A stretch of 64,000 nt of DNA from the NCBI RefSeq assembly GCF_963921235.1, contig NC_086108.1, forward strand, positions 21,080,001 to 21,144,000, read 5' to 3'. A program made the translations under genes and the position numbers. Positions within the stretch are counted from its first letter, which is position 1. Each line of letters begins with the position of its first letter. The notes beneath the pieces are model-generated. The model saw only the letters and a program-made list of their open reading frames with translations. It was not told the DNA's origin and searched no databases. This DNA comes from Mobula hypostoma. Lineage: Eukaryota. This document shows, piece by piece, positions 1-13,143 of this stretch.

Positions 1-588
1 CATGAGGAAGGAAAATTATGTGGTTTTATTGAAGCAACATCTCAAGACACCAGCCAAGTTAAAACCCAGTCGCAAATGGGTCTTCCAAATGGACAATGAC
101 CCCAAGCAAACCTCCAAAGTTGTGGCAAAATTGCTTCAGGACAACAAAGTCAAGGTATTGGAGTGGCCATCACAAAGCCCTGACCTCAATCCGATAGAAG
201 ATTTGTGGGCAGAACTGAAAAAAAATGTGCAAGCAAGCATGTTACACCAGTTCTGTCTGGAGGAATGAAACAAAATTCCAGCAACTTATTGTGAGAAGCT
301 TGTGGAAGGCTACCCAAAACGTTTGACCCAAGTTAAACAATTTAAAGGCAATGCTACCAAATACTAACAAAGTGCATGTAAACTTCTGACCCACTGGGAA
401 ACTAATGAAAGAAATAAAAGCTGAAATAAATCATTCTCTCTACTATTATTCTGACATTTCACATTCTTGAAATAGTGATCCTAACAATCTAAGACAGGGA
501 ATGTTTTCTAGGATTAAATGTCAGGAATTGTGAAAAACTGAGATTAAATGTATTGGCTAAGGTGTATGTAAACTTCTGACTTCAACTG
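1..588 (+). mobile_element. 3' part of a Tc1/mariner DNA transposon, Sleeping Beauty (IR/DR) type
   Basis: Transposase C-terminus followed by a ~220-bp right IR/DR. Inner DR (gtgcatgtaaacttctgacccactggg) at ~372-398; outer DR ends ...gtgtatgtaaacttctgacttcaactg at 588, followed by the TA target site at 589-590. Confidence 0.93.
2..367 (+). pseudogene. Tc1 transposase C-terminal fragment (DD34E), premature stop at 266-268
   Basis: Reads MRKENYV...[10 protein letters not shown]...[12 protein letters not shown], with 34 residues between D and E. After the stop it continues ...KLVEGYPKRLTQVKQFKGNATKY*, as in Sleeping Beauty transposase. Confidence 0.9.
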
Positions 589-1619
589 TACATGACCATG
601 TACCATGGAAAGGGCAGCTATCATTGGTGAGAGAAATGAATAAGCATTCAGAGAGAATGCTCAAAACAAAAGGGAGAAAAACAAGTTTCTGAGATGCAAA
701 GGGATCACAGGGGCAAAAGGAGTGAAAGGTGAACTTTTAAATGATCCCCTAATCAGCTACTATTCTTCATTTGCTGTAAATAGCTTACTCCAACTCCACT
801 GTTCATATCCTAACTATACCAGTCATCTACATCCTCAAAGACTTTAACTCCTAGTCTTTGAATGGCTCAAATTTAATCTTGCCTTTTTAAATGTCTTCAT
901 GACCTCACCTCAAAGTAACTTTAGTCTAACAATATTACAAAATCCATTGCCCAAACATGTTCCATTTGCTATAACTGGTTTCTTCACCCTCCTCCACCCC
1001 AATCCCTTAATGCATATGACCTCTGAATATTAAAATGCCACTCTTTAAACATTTCCTTTCTCAGCCATACTGTCATTTAAGAGCCTTATTAAAGCTTACC
1101 CAAGTTTCCATAATCCTTGATCCTATTTCCTCTATTTTTGAAGCACACTCTCAAAGGCACCGCACAAAATACACAACTTACATCGATAATTCTAAATGGG
1201 CAATTCAATATTTTGTTTAAATCTCTGCTTCCTGAAGAGAAAATGAATTACAAATTTCCAGTTTCAACAGCAAGCAAAAAAGAGACATGCTTAATTTCGT
1301 TAGTAAAACCCAATCTTATGTAAACAAGTTTAATTCATGAACCTACTAATATTCTATAAACAAACTAAATTGAAGCAAAGCCAAATATAATTTTATGCAC
1401 TGCATAGAAGATAACATGATCTTCCTTTTATATGTAAACATTTTCTCAGTTACTTGACTACTACTTAGAACTCGTCTGTGAACAAAATAAATCTTGCAGT
1501 ATTTAACATAATTTCATGCATATAATTAATTCCCCTCTACAACTGAAACAAAACTTCCTTTTAGTAAATGAACAGGCAATGACAGATTTTGTTAAACCAC
1601 TTTATCTTCAGGAACAAAA

Positions 1620-2957
1620 AGTTACCAATCATGGAATTCCGAAGTTTTGAAGGAAGGAGAAACTTGCATATATTGCAAGATTCTGGAATGGTTCTCAAAG
1701 AGCAGAAAATTGCACATGTCCGTCCACTCTCAAAGAAGAGATGGAGGCAAAAAAAACATGAACATATAGACCAGTTTGCTTGACTCCAATGGTTGGCAAG
1801 AGGTTAGTGTCCATTATTAAAGATGAGATTACAGGGTACTTGGAGGCATATAATAAAATAGGCAGAAGTCAGCATGGTTTTAAGGGCGAATCTTACCTGA
1901 CAAACCTGTTGGAATTCTTTGAGGAAATAAAATGCAAAATGGACAAAGGAGAGTCGATGGACGTTGTTTCATACTCTACTTCTCACGTTGTATGTTAATG
2001 ATCTGCAAACCAGAATTGATGGCTTTGTGGCCAAGTTTGCAAATAATACAAATATAGGTGGAAATACAGATAGTGATGAGGAAGCAGGAAGGCTGCAGAA
2101 TGACTCGGACAGATTAGGAGAATGGGCAAAGAAATTTTAGATGGAATACAATGTAGGGAAGTGTATGGTCATGTATCTTGGTAGAAGGAATAAAGATGTA
2201 GATTATTTTCCAAACAGGTTGAAAATTCAAAAAAATCAGACGCGCAAAGGAACTTGGGAGTCCTCATGCAGGATTCCTTAAAGGTTAACTTGCAGATTGA
2301 GTCGGTGGAAGGAAGGCAATGCAATATTAGCATTAATTTCAAGAGGACTAGAATATAAAAGCAAGACTGTAAATATTGAATATTTATAAGGCATTAGGAA
2401 GACCACATTTGGAGTACTGAGAACAGTTTTGGACCCATATCTAAGAAAGGATGTGCTGCCATTGGAAATGGTCTATAAGAGGCATACAAGAATAATCCCA
2501 AGAATGAAAAGATGAGGAGCAGCTGATGGTTCTAGGCCTGTTCTCACTTGATTTCAGAAGAATAGGGGAGGGGGAAAGGGAGTGATCGCATTGAAACCTA
2601 CAGATTACTGTAAGACCTAAATAGAGTGGACATGCAGAGGATGCTTCTGATAGTTGGGAGAGTCAAGGACCAGAGGTTCAGAATACAAGGATATCCCTTC
2701 AGAGTAGAGATGAGGAGGAATTTCTTTAGCCAGGGCGTGGTGAATCTATGGAATTCATTACCACAGACTGCTGCGGAGTCCAAGTCATTGGGTACACTTA
2801 AAGCAGAGACTGATAGCTTCCGGATTAGTAAGGGTGTCATGGATTACAGGGAGAAGGCAGAAAAAAGGGATGAGAAGGAAAATAGATCAGCTATGGTGAA
2901 TGGCAGTGCAGACTCAATGAGACAAATAGCTTGATTCTGCTCCTGTCTTACGGTCTT
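1620..2957 (+). mobile_element. Decayed 5'-truncated CR1 LINE (RT region and 3' end)
   Basis: Fragments SQHGFKGESYLTNLLEFFEE and FRVEMRRNFFSQGVVNLWNSLP; CR1 3' end with tail near 2940-2957; many frameshifts. Confidence 0.85.
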
Positions 2958-3632
2958 CATATTTCCACAGATGTTGTCTGCCCTGTAAGTGCTTTCGGTA
3001 TTTTCTATTTTTATTAGTATTTAAATTGCATCTTGCAGCCAAACAATCATTTTATGTAATTGCTGTTATTTTCCAGAGAAATGTAACTATTTTTCTTTTT
3101 GATAGGTCCCAAAAACAGCAAATGAGGTTAAGTGACTAACTCAAATGTTGCTGTGTTTGAGAGATAAAATAGCTAATACATCTTGTGAACTCCTGTTCTC
3201 AACATCTTATTGATTTTTTAAAAAGTTCTTTTTGATAGAACTTCAATTTAAAACTAAAACTAAAAACAATCACCTTTGATAATTAAAAGTTCTCATTACT
3301 TTAGTGGATTAATTAAGTGCTTGACCTAAAAGTGCAACAAAATATGCCATTTTTCTATAACTCACTTCAGTTGAACTAAAAAATGACATAATTACATAAA
3401 CATGAATGCTGTACGTTTTTGCAGAAAGCACCATAAATCCCCTAAATTTCAGTGCTACTTGCACTCAACCTAAAGGGCAGAAAGGGTAGAAGTGTCCAAC
3501 ATGCAACTGTAGCTAAATGCAGGATTTTATTGTTGAAGTCCTCCAGTGCTTAAAAGCTTAAAGTGGTTGAACAGATTTTTAGACAGAGTTTTGAGAAAAT
3601 TGCACACCCAATCATCAACCTTAATTTCCTCT

Positions 3633-3670
3633 CCCCCCCCCCCCCACCCCACCCCACCCCACCCCACCCC
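3633..3670 (-). repeat. Poly-C/(CCCCA)n tract; potential G-quadruplex on the minus strand
   Basis: A C run followed by acccc x5 is seen directly. Confidence 0.75.
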
Positions 3671-3801
3671 TGACGCTCAGAACGTCTATTATTTTCATTA
3701 GAACTGGACTAACAGGCTTTTCTATGCAAAAGGCCTAACTGTCTATAGTTCAGACTGATGGACGGGTAAAACAATGGAATTCAAAGTACAGCTGCTTAAA
3801 A

Positions 3802-3934
3802 ATTTCAGCAGTAGCCTATTGGCGACGATCCTTGAGAGAGATTATATTTGTTTTTCATCAGTTCATTGATGAAACTGTTCACTGATGAAAGTACAATCTC
3901 TCTCAAGGATTGTCACCATTGTTACTGGTTTGAA
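3802..3934. repeat. Imperfect palindrome (hairpin or MITE-like relic)
   Basis: tggcgacgatccttgagagagatt...tttcatcagt pairs with actgatgaaa...aatctctctcaaggattgtcacca. Confidence 0.8.
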
Positions 3935-4539
3935 ATAATATAAACAAAACAAAAACATGTTATGAATATGGAATTGATTTCACAAACACGATGTTTCTGC
4001 TTATTTTCTTGCTTTTCTCATGCGGGCGTTTAGTCAATTTTTGAATTGGAAGATCACAATATCAAGTACCGGCTGCGACCTAAACCTAATATTTCAATTC
4101 CTACTGCATCCAACTTGATTAATGGAATCGAATCCGTCATGAAAACATTGTCGTCGTAACAACTGTATTTTCAGAAATGAAGCCAGGAATGTTACGTGGA
4201 AGCAATAGCAACAAAAACTAAATCACATTTACTTTGGCAGACCTTAAGCGAAACAAGGGCCAGCACATTGCAGCATAAAGGGGGATGTTGACCAATGTGA
4301 AGATGTAGACACAAAACACATATAATGACAACTCCATCCACCGCCGTGCGACATCAAACTCCAATTAGGTCTCTCCCCCATGGCGTTCCCCGTCCACCCC
4401 AATGGCATAAAATATAAATTCCATAAAATGTGGTATAAGGGGGAGAGAAAGTATTAATTTCCACATATGGCAGAGACCAGGAGTAAATGACCAGGGCTAT
4501 ACATGCTTAATGGCAAGTACAACTTAGCTAAAGCAGGGC

Positions 4540-5400
4540 GGCGGGGAGGACAGATAGGCAGGCACCGAGCAGGCTGCAAGCTGTCATTCAGTCCTGCGGC
4601 TACCTTCGCTCGGGCGCCCGTCCACTATGCGGTGCGGCGACAATACCCCAGAGGGAGAGCCTGCCTCCGGTTGCCAGCCGGGACGAGCAAGGCTTGCTCC
4701 GCCGCCGATCTCCGCTGACAATAGGCTCCGGCCCAAGCCGGCTCGGCCGTTTACTGCAGAGCCGCCACACGCCAAGAAAGCCTGAGCCCGAAGGCCGGCC
4801 GTCAGCGGGAAGCGGTCGGTGAAATCATTTTTTTCTGGAAAGGGGATTCTAAGCTACTGAGGGAGCGTGGACCGACCTGTATCGTGTCCGGATCGACGCT
4901 GCGCGGAGAAGCCAGGCGCTGCCGCCGCTGACACTGACACCCTCTGAAACATCCCAACCCCGGTCTATACAGCTCTTCTTCTTGTTGCTGCCACCGGGAG
5001 GAATCAAGCAATCGCTGCGAGCATTATCTTGCAAAAAGGCGGTTCATCTGTCTGTCCGTTCGCTCGCTCGACAGGGACAAGGCGCGCACGACCAAATGAC
5101 AACAGTCCGCACGCGCTTCCTCTCCCCCTCCCCCCGCCCTCCGCGTTCTGCGCGGGCACGCCCCGCGGCCGCGAACCATGCGCGCGTCTGGGGAGGAGGA
5201 AGGGAGAGCGAGCGTGGTGCCTGAGCAGATCACCGATTGAAAGCCGGCGTGCACGGCCACCTGTTCCTTTTCCCTGCATTGATACGATGGTCCAAATACG
5301 CGCGGCTTCCGCCCAATTTTTCTTCCAGATCGGGTCCACTAGGGTGATTCATACCACTGCAGTACTGCACCACTCCGCCGCTCGCTGCAACTATATCACG
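4540..5400 (-). promoter_or_regulatory. CpG island; probable promoter and first exon of an unidentified gene, likely minus strand
   Basis: Abrupt GC- and CpG-rich non-repetitive block in an AT-rich background; GC box (cccccgccct, ~5130) and CCAAT-like motifs; minus-strand donor-like sites CAG|GTCGGT (4877/4876) and AAG|GTAGCC (4604/4603). Strand is inferred. Confidence 0.7.
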
Positions 5401-5692
5401 CTCCTTTTCAGCTTGCAAATTAGTAAACAGTCATTTCAACACTTCTGCAATACAATATTCTAGCCTTGCATAATTCTGGAAGGGGAAGCCCAATGTTTCC
5501 TTCCGATACATTTGTTTTATTTTTGTGTCGTGGAGACCCATGAAACGGCAACCACAAGAACCCAACACAGCTTGAAACAATATTTATATCACCTCGCATG
5601 GGAAATGTTGCACACAATGGCAGTAGTGGACGGATCACAACTCAAAACTGCACCGAAAGGGATGGCAAACAACGATAAAATTAAATAGAAGG

Positions 5693-6770
5693 GCAACACA
5701 CACGAAATGCTTTCGGGACTCAGCAGGTCAGGCAGTATCTATGGAAATGAATAAAAGTATGCATGCTACCCAGACGGAATATGAGATGTTGCTTCTCAAG
5801 TCTGAAAGTAGCCTCACCGTGGCATAAGAGGAGGCCATGGACCTTCATGTCGGAACAGAAATGAGGATATGAATTGAATTGTTAGCCACAGAGAAATGCC
5901 GCTTTTTACAGATGGATCCGAGGTGCTCGACAAAGCGGTCCCTAATCTACGTCGGGCCTCACGGATGTAGAAGCCGCTGCAGCAGGAACACCGGATACAG
6001 TAGACGACCCCAATAGATTTATCTGTGAAGTATTACCTCTTCTGGAAGGGCGGTTTGGGGACCTGACTGGAGGTAAGGGAGGAAGTGTACGGGTAAGTGT
6101 AGCATTTCTGTTGCTTGCAGGAGTATGTGCCAGGAGGGAGATTAGAGGGGGGGAGGGAACGAATGGACAAGGAAATCGCGGAGGGATGACGCTGAATCAG
6201 GGCTAGGTAAAGACGTAATTGGTGGTAGGGTCCCGTTGAAGATGGTGGAAGTTGCGGAGAATTATATGTTGGATGGTCATGGGTGGTAGGTGAGGACAAG
6301 AGGAATTATATCCCTGTTAAGACAGTGGGAAAATGGGGTGAGGCTGGATGTCCGGGAAATTGAAATGCGGGTGAGGACAGCATCATTGGAGAAGGAAGGG
6401 AACCCCGTTCTTTAAAGAAGAAGGACTCTCTGATGTCCTGGAAAGAAAAGCGTTATCCTGGGAATAGATGCGGCAGAGACGAAGGAACTAAGAAAAGAGG
6501 ATAGTATTTTTACAGGAGACAGCGCGAGGAGGTACAGTCAAGATATGTATGGGAATCGGTCGGTTGAAAAAAGATACCGGTAGACAGTTTTTCTCCAGTG
6601 ATGGAGACATAAATCGAGAAAGTGGAGAGAGGTGTCAGAAATAGACCAAGTGAATGAGAGCAGGGTGGAAGTTGGAGCTAAATTTGATGAAATTGACGAG
6701 CTCAGTATGAAGCAGCACCTATGCAATTGTCAATGTAGCAGGAAGAGTCGGAGAGTATTAGCAGGGAAGG
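5693..6770 (-). mobile_element. Penelope-like element 3' fragment (RT end, GIY-YIG region, terminal repeat)
   Basis: Minus-strand translation TYSCKQQKCYTYPYTSSLT matches the copies at 24.3 kb and 40.6 kb; terminal repeat at 5693-5755. Confidence 0.8.
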
Positions 6771-7279
6771 AGCGTTTATAAAAGGCTATAATTTTGGATG
6801 GCTCCTTTCAGCTGAGAATAGAGTTTTTGTCCGAGCACCGACAAATATAGGATTGATCTTTTGTCAGGCCATCTTGTAAAATTATTAAACATCCAACAGT
6901 TGCCTATTACTTCCCTACATTAGAAATCTGCAGAGTTAACTGCACATGCTTGTAAACATGCAGGTAAAGACTGACGTCGCTGCCAGCCTCAGCACAACCC
7001 ACCTCAACATATTCTATCAGAAGTATCTGAGACCTTTAGCTAGAGTCATAGATACTACAGCAGAGAAACAGACCCCTCAGTCCATCTAGTCCATCCTTAA
7101 ACTAGTCCCATTGACCCGTACCCAGATCATAGCCCACCATACCTCTCTCATCCCTGTACCTATCCAAATTTCAAAAACTGCTACAATATGATAGAAAAGT
7201 GTACATTACCAGTGCCCCTTCCTGGTGTGTGGAATGTTTTAATTAACTGAAAGGCCAAGAGTGCATGTCACTCTGAGGA

Positions 7280-7640
7280 GAAAATGACTGCCAGTGCATC
7301 ATATAGCATGGACACAGGCCCTTTGGCTGTGCCAAACATCTACATCAAACATCAAGCCCCTTCTACGCCAAACATCAAGCGCCCATTTGTACTACAGTAT
7401 TCTTCCCATAGATCATCTCTCTTCCACCCCTCACCTAGACCTAAGGTAACCTATAATGGTGAATTAACCTAAAAACCTATAAGTCTTCAGTGAATAGGGG
7501 GAATCTGGGCACCAAGATGAAACACATGCAGTCACTGTGAGAATGTGCAAACTGCACACAGATTGCACTTGAAGTTATAATTGAACCCAGGTTGCTGTAG
7601 CTGTGACACAGTACTTCTACTTGCTGTGCCACTGTGCTGG
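7280..7640 (-). mobile_element. Decayed V-SINE-like element
   Basis: Resembles the V-domain SINE at 52.3 kb (gaaacacatgcagtcactgtgagaatgtgcaaactgcacacaga...ttgaaccc). Confidence 0.55.
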
Positions 7641-8249
7641 GTAACGGGTAAGTGTCAGAAAAGTGACTTTACCAAAGAAAATTGAGAAAACCAGTGTCTA
7701 GAGTTGCATTACACTTTACAAACATGATTTTAAAAATCTGTGCTTTTAGTTTTTTTTTGAATGATCAAGAGGAATTTAACCAAATTCTGAGGTGTCACAA
7801 TAAGAAGATGCACAGTATTGGATGGTAAATTGTGAATGTCATTGGTTTTTATGCAAATTGGCTCTTTTGAGGGAATAGAAAACTAGAATTGACATGTTTA
7901 CCTACACTAATTGTAAAATGAAGCACCCTAGGTTTCTGAAAAATGTGGTGACACATTACGTTAAAATAAGTTCTTTCTAGGAAAAAGGAGTAATTCCTTG
8001 TATTCCCATGAGTATTAGTTTTACATCTACCTAAGAACTTTTTTTGATCGAGGCATTTTATTTTCCAGACCAAGAAATGTCAAAGTCAAAACTAACTTTC
8101 CAGAATGTAACCAAAGTAGTAAAGTAAACTTGGTCATTAATTACTGAATGGTATTATGCTTACAGAAACAAACAATTGCTGATTGATTGATGAAAAAGCA
8201 TAATAAAATAACATTCAATCTTTATTACTGTAAGATACTGATGAGGACC

Positions 8250-8462
8250 ATAAACACAAGAAATTTTGCAGATGTTGGAAATCCAAAGCAACAAACACAG
8301 AATGCTGGAGAAACTCAGCAGGTCAGCCAGAATCCATAGAGAGAAATAAGCAGCCTTCTTCCCCCTTCCCTTCCAGTCCTGAGGAAACATTGACTGTTTA
8401 TTCATTTCCATAGATGCTGCCTGACCTGCTGAGTTCCTCCATCATTTTGTGTGTGTTGCTCT
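8250..8462. mobile_element. Fold-back mini-element of two inverted Penelope terminal repeats
   Basis: caacaaacacagaatgctggagaaactcagcaggtcag is inverted against ctgacctgctgagttcctccatcattttgtgtgtgttg. Confidence 0.8.
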
Positions 8463-8834
8463 GCAGGGGGACCATTTTCAGCAGCTACAGATTTTATGGT
8501 TCATTACCCAGGTGGGAAACTTATTCATATTCCAGTGTCTAAAATGTGCCAGTTTTGAATGGTAGCTCCATTAGCTGTATTTTATGATCCACATGCGCAA
8601 TACAATTGACCCAAGATGTGAAAACATATTCAAAGACCTTTCCTCCTCTATTTTGGTAGAGGAAATCAGAAAGGCTGCAGGTCATTGGATGTGATGGAGG
8701 GAAAAGTTAGGAAGCATCAATCATGGACCCAGGGACATCTAAGGAAAGAATGACTTTTGAAGAAGTGGCAGTGTCAAATGAAAGGAAGCACTTAGTGGTG
8801 GGAATGTGGAGGAGAGGACATTGTGAGTCAAATT

Positions 8835-9460
8835 ATAGACATATAGAACATTGCAGCACAGAAATGGGCTCTTCAGCCCATCTAGTCCATGACAAAATAT
8901 TAATCTGCCTAGTCCCATCTACTTGCACCCAGAACATAGCCCACCATACCCCTCCCATCCATGTACCTATCCAAATTTCTCTTAAGGGTTGAAATCAAAT
9001 CTGCCTCCATCTCTTCTGATGCGAGTTTGATCCACCTTCTCACCATCCTCTGAGTGAAGAAGTTCCCCCTCATGTTCCCCATAAACATTTCACTTTTCAC
9101 CCTTAACCAATAGCCCTTAGTTCTAGTCTCTCTCAACTTCAGTGGAAAATGCCTGCTTGTATTTACCCTATCTATACCCCTCATAATTTTATACACCTCT
9201 ATCAAATCTCCCCTCATTCTCCTATGCGCTAGGGAATAAAGTCCTAACCTGTTCAAGCTTTCCCTATAACTCAGGTCCTCAAGTCCTAGCATCATCCTTG
9301 TAAATTTTCTCTGCACTCTATCAATTTTATTGATATCTACCTGTAGGTTGATGACCAGAAATTTGGCCTCTCCAACATCTTATACAACTTCAATATAACA
9401 TCCCAACTCCTGTACTTCGTACTTGAATTTTAAATGCCAACGTGCCAAAAGCTCTCTTTA
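8835..9460 (-). mobile_element. CR1 LINE 3' fragment
   Basis: ORF 8909-9316: LGLYSLAHRRMRGDLIEVYKIMRG...NFFTQRMV. Confidence 0.85.
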
Positions 9461-9461
9461 T

Positions 9462-10680
9462 AGTGGATACCCTGTAGGTGGACGTTAATTACTTGAGTTT
9501 CCAGAAGGCATTTGATAAGGTGCTACATAAAAGACTGATCCATAAGGATGCATAGATTTGGAGGTGATGTATTAGCATTGATGGAAGATTGGTAACCAAC
9601 AAAAAGCAGGGAGTTGGAATACATGGGTACTTCTCTAGTTGGCAATCAGTAGTGAGCGATATGCCACAGGGGTCAGTGCTGGGCCCAAAAATGTTCACGA
9701 TATACATTAACGATCTGGAAGAGGGGACCGAGTATAGTGTATCTAAGTTTGCTGATGATACTAAAATGAGTGGAAAAGCAAATTGTGCAGAAGATATGGA
9801 GAGTCTGCAGAGAGATATAGATAGGTTAAGTGAATGGGCAAGGGTCTGGCATATGGAGTACAATGTTGGTAAATGCAAGGTCATCCACTTTGGAAGGAAA
9901 AATGGAAGATCAGATTATTATTTAAATGGTAAAGGATTGCAGCATGCTGCTGTGCAGAGGGACTTGGGAGTGCTTGTGCATGAATTGCACAAGATTGGTT
10001 TGCAGGTGCAGCAGGCTATCAAGAAGGCAAATGGAATGTTGGCCTTTGTTGCTAGAGGGATTGAATTTAAGAGCAGGGAGGTTATGCTGCAACTGTACAG
10101 GGTACTGGTGAGACCACACCTGGAGTACTGTGGGCAGTTCTGGTCTCCTTACTTGTAGAAGGATATACTGGCTTTGGAGGTGGTGCAGAGAAGGTTCATC
10201 AGATTCATCCCAGAGATGAGAGGGTTAGACTATGAGGACAGATTGAGTCACAAGGGACTGTACTCGCTGGAAATCAGAAGGGTGAGAGGAGATCTTATAG
10301 AAACATATAAAATTATGAAAGGGATAGACAAGATAGTGGAAGGAAAGTTGAGAGTTTGTTGGTGAGACTAGAACTAGGAGACATAGCCTCAAGATTTGGG
10401 GGGAGTAAATTTAGGATGGAGATTAGGAGAAACAACTTTCCCAGAGAATGGTGAATCTATGAATTCTCTGCCTAATGAAGCAGTGGAAGCTACCTCAGTA
10501 AATATATTTAAGACAAGGTTGGATAGGTTTTTGCATAGTAAAGGAATTAAGGGTTACAGGAGAAAGGCAGGTAGGTGAAGATGAGTCCATGGTCAGATCA
10601 GCCATGATCTTATTGAATGGTGGAGTAGGCTCGATGGAACAGATGGCCTTCTCCTGTTCCTATTTCGTATGTTCTTATGG
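9462..10680 (+). mobile_element. CR1 LINE, 5'-truncated (RT and 3' tail)
   Basis: PQGSVLGP, SKFADDTK and LVRPHLEYC motifs; tail cctatttcgtatgttcttatg. Confidence 0.9.
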
Positions 10681-13055
10681 CCCTGTCAACCTTCACTTTT
10701 TCTGCTCAAACCTTCTTTTAGCCCTCTTGATTTCCGCCTTCAGTGTTGTTTAGCATTTCTGATTGACGTTCAAAGTAAATTTATTATCAAAGTATATATA
10801 TGTCACCATTTACAACCATGAGAATTATTTTCTTGCGGGCATTCACAGTAAATACAAGACACACAATGGAATCAATGAAAGACCGCATTCAACAAGACGG
10901 CCAAGCTTGGATTTCCAGCATCCGCAGATTTCCTTGTGTTTGTGATCAAACTGCACATCTTTGGGACAGCCAGGGTGAATCCATGTGGTCATTGAAAAAA
11001 TTAGCAAACCCTACAGAGACTGCATCAGGCATTAGAACTGAGCCAGTGTCACTGTAGTGCCACTGTGCTACAGAGCAGTTGGGATCGAAGTATCTAACAA
11101 GGACCTCCCAGCCAGGAGATTGATGCTTCACACATCCTAGCCAACAAGCCTGCTCTTAAACTAAATTTAAATGTCTGTATCCTAAACTAAAATTAAATGT
11201 CTTGCAAAAAAGTCACCTCACATACCCAGCATTGTGTTGCCACAAGTCTGAATTGGCACCTTGTGTTGTTCTTATCGAAAATAACCAACGATAGTAATTA
11301 CTCTTACAGTACTTAACTTCATTCATGCAGGTCATTTGATGGTGCCCTTTTATAGCCTTCACTTGAACAGAAACAAAAACATCTATGTTGAAGTTTGTGA
11401 TTTTGCTCTTCACATTAAAGCCACAATCTTCCAACTTAGACAAGTACTACCAGCTGAAACTTAGCTTACATCTGATGCCAGGTTAAACTGTTCTTTTCAA
11501 TCTTTGATCAGCAGTTCTTTGCTGAACAAATATGTTAATTAACAATCAAATGGGCCACAATCTTCTCTCTACAATCAAGTAAACCATTCTAAAGTGTAAT
11601 CTGATCACAAAAACATCTGAGCGAGGTAGGAGATATGGATTAAGAAAAAAAGGGGGCACGCTGTAAAATGTAGAGGGAGATGTTGAAGATTTATGGAAAG
11701 TTTTCCAGAGTTTTATCAGTAAAACAGAACATAAGCTGCCACTGATTAACCAATGAAATTAAAGGATGCACAAGGGCCAGAACTGGAAATAATGTAGATT
11801 TAGTAGAAGGTTACACGGTTGGAGAGATTCAGTTAAGGAGAACCAGGGTTATTCACTTACATGAAAATGAGGATGAAAATGTTGATGTCAAGGTGTTATT
11901 GGACAGGATTCTAAAACTATGAGTGGAAAGATACTGTGTAACAGGACTTTGTGTGAATTAGAATAATGTTTTGGAAGAGTTAAAGTCACCAGATGGTGGA
12001 AGAAGACTAGAACAGTAGCGTTGGAAGTACCAAAAATAGGCAGTTTCGCAGCAATATACAGTATGTTAAGGCAGGAATGCACTCTTTTTGATGGACAGGC
12101 TAAGAACCATTAGCTCAATTCTGAGTCATCTGGAACACAGAGGCTAAAATCATATTCAACAAGAGATAATGCCCAAGTTTTCAATGACACAAGCTGTACA
12201 AATCATTAGTTCCCTACTTCAATGGCCAGATAATCCTAATACTATGATTCATGTTGTTGAATATTTCCCTGGAATTCCAGTGGAAAATATGCATGCATGC
12301 GCTCAGCACGGGTTATGATGGTCAAACAGACTGCTAACGTTCACTGCCAAGACGCGAGCCATTTGAGTTAAAAACAAGCAGCTCAAAATACTGCAACAGC
12401 AAAATACAAAAAAAAACTTCCATATTAGTTGAGATATAAATTGACGTGTTCACAGCTGCCAAGTAGTGTTTCATTTGTTTCTTGACATCTGACATGGGTA
12501 ATGAATGCTGTTGTTTAATTCTGAAGGGCATCTCAAGTACACATTGGGCTACATGGCAATCAGTGATCCAGGCAATCTGCCTCCTTAACCACAGACTCTA
12601 GCACCAAGAGAAACAGAGCTGGATATTCACTACATGTGGGAACAAGGCTGATTTCTGGTCTTCAGATATGAGGCTACCACAAAGCTCATGCTTTTCATAC
12701 TCAGATCCTTTCGAGTCTGTGCCTTTTTCAGCTCATCATTTGGGATTCAGATTGATATTGTGTTGAATCATCCTTCCACATCTCAGGAGCTTTCTTTACC
12801 TGATACCTTCTCAAAGAACCCTACCAACTTGCTTTGCCTGAGAGCCTCTCTTGTTTTGGCACTGTAGCTGAAGTGTTCCTTCACCCTCCCCCTCAACCTT
12901 TGGCCCCCATGTGGGTATTCTCAACCCAAAGCTGGACAAATAAAATTGAAACATTTATACAAGTCCTGCAGCAGTATTAAAGGAGCCGATAGCTGCTTTC
13001 TTTCAGAGGGAATCTGGGGAAGGGATTATCCCATGCTGATTTAATGTGGGTCATC

Positions 13056-13143
13056 ATTTGCATCACAGGACTGTTGGTGATCATAAGGATTCATTTGCAT
13101 TTTGAGATGAGTTTAAAATCAAATTTATTTGCATAATTTGCAG
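13056..13143. promoter_or_regulatory. Cluster of octamer (ATTTGCAT) motifs; candidate POU-factor enhancer
   Basis: ATTTGCAT at 13056, 13093 and 13127, plus ATTTGCAG at 13136, in apparently unique sequence. Confidence 0.4.

Noticed and set aside
4503..5463. Overlapping 60-144-aa ORFs in the CpG island
   Set aside because: Expected in GC-rich DNA; none resembles a protein I recognise.
11213..11443. Possible minus-strand exon ending at a GTATGT donor
   Set aside because: No recognisable protein similarity and no supporting neighbouring exons.
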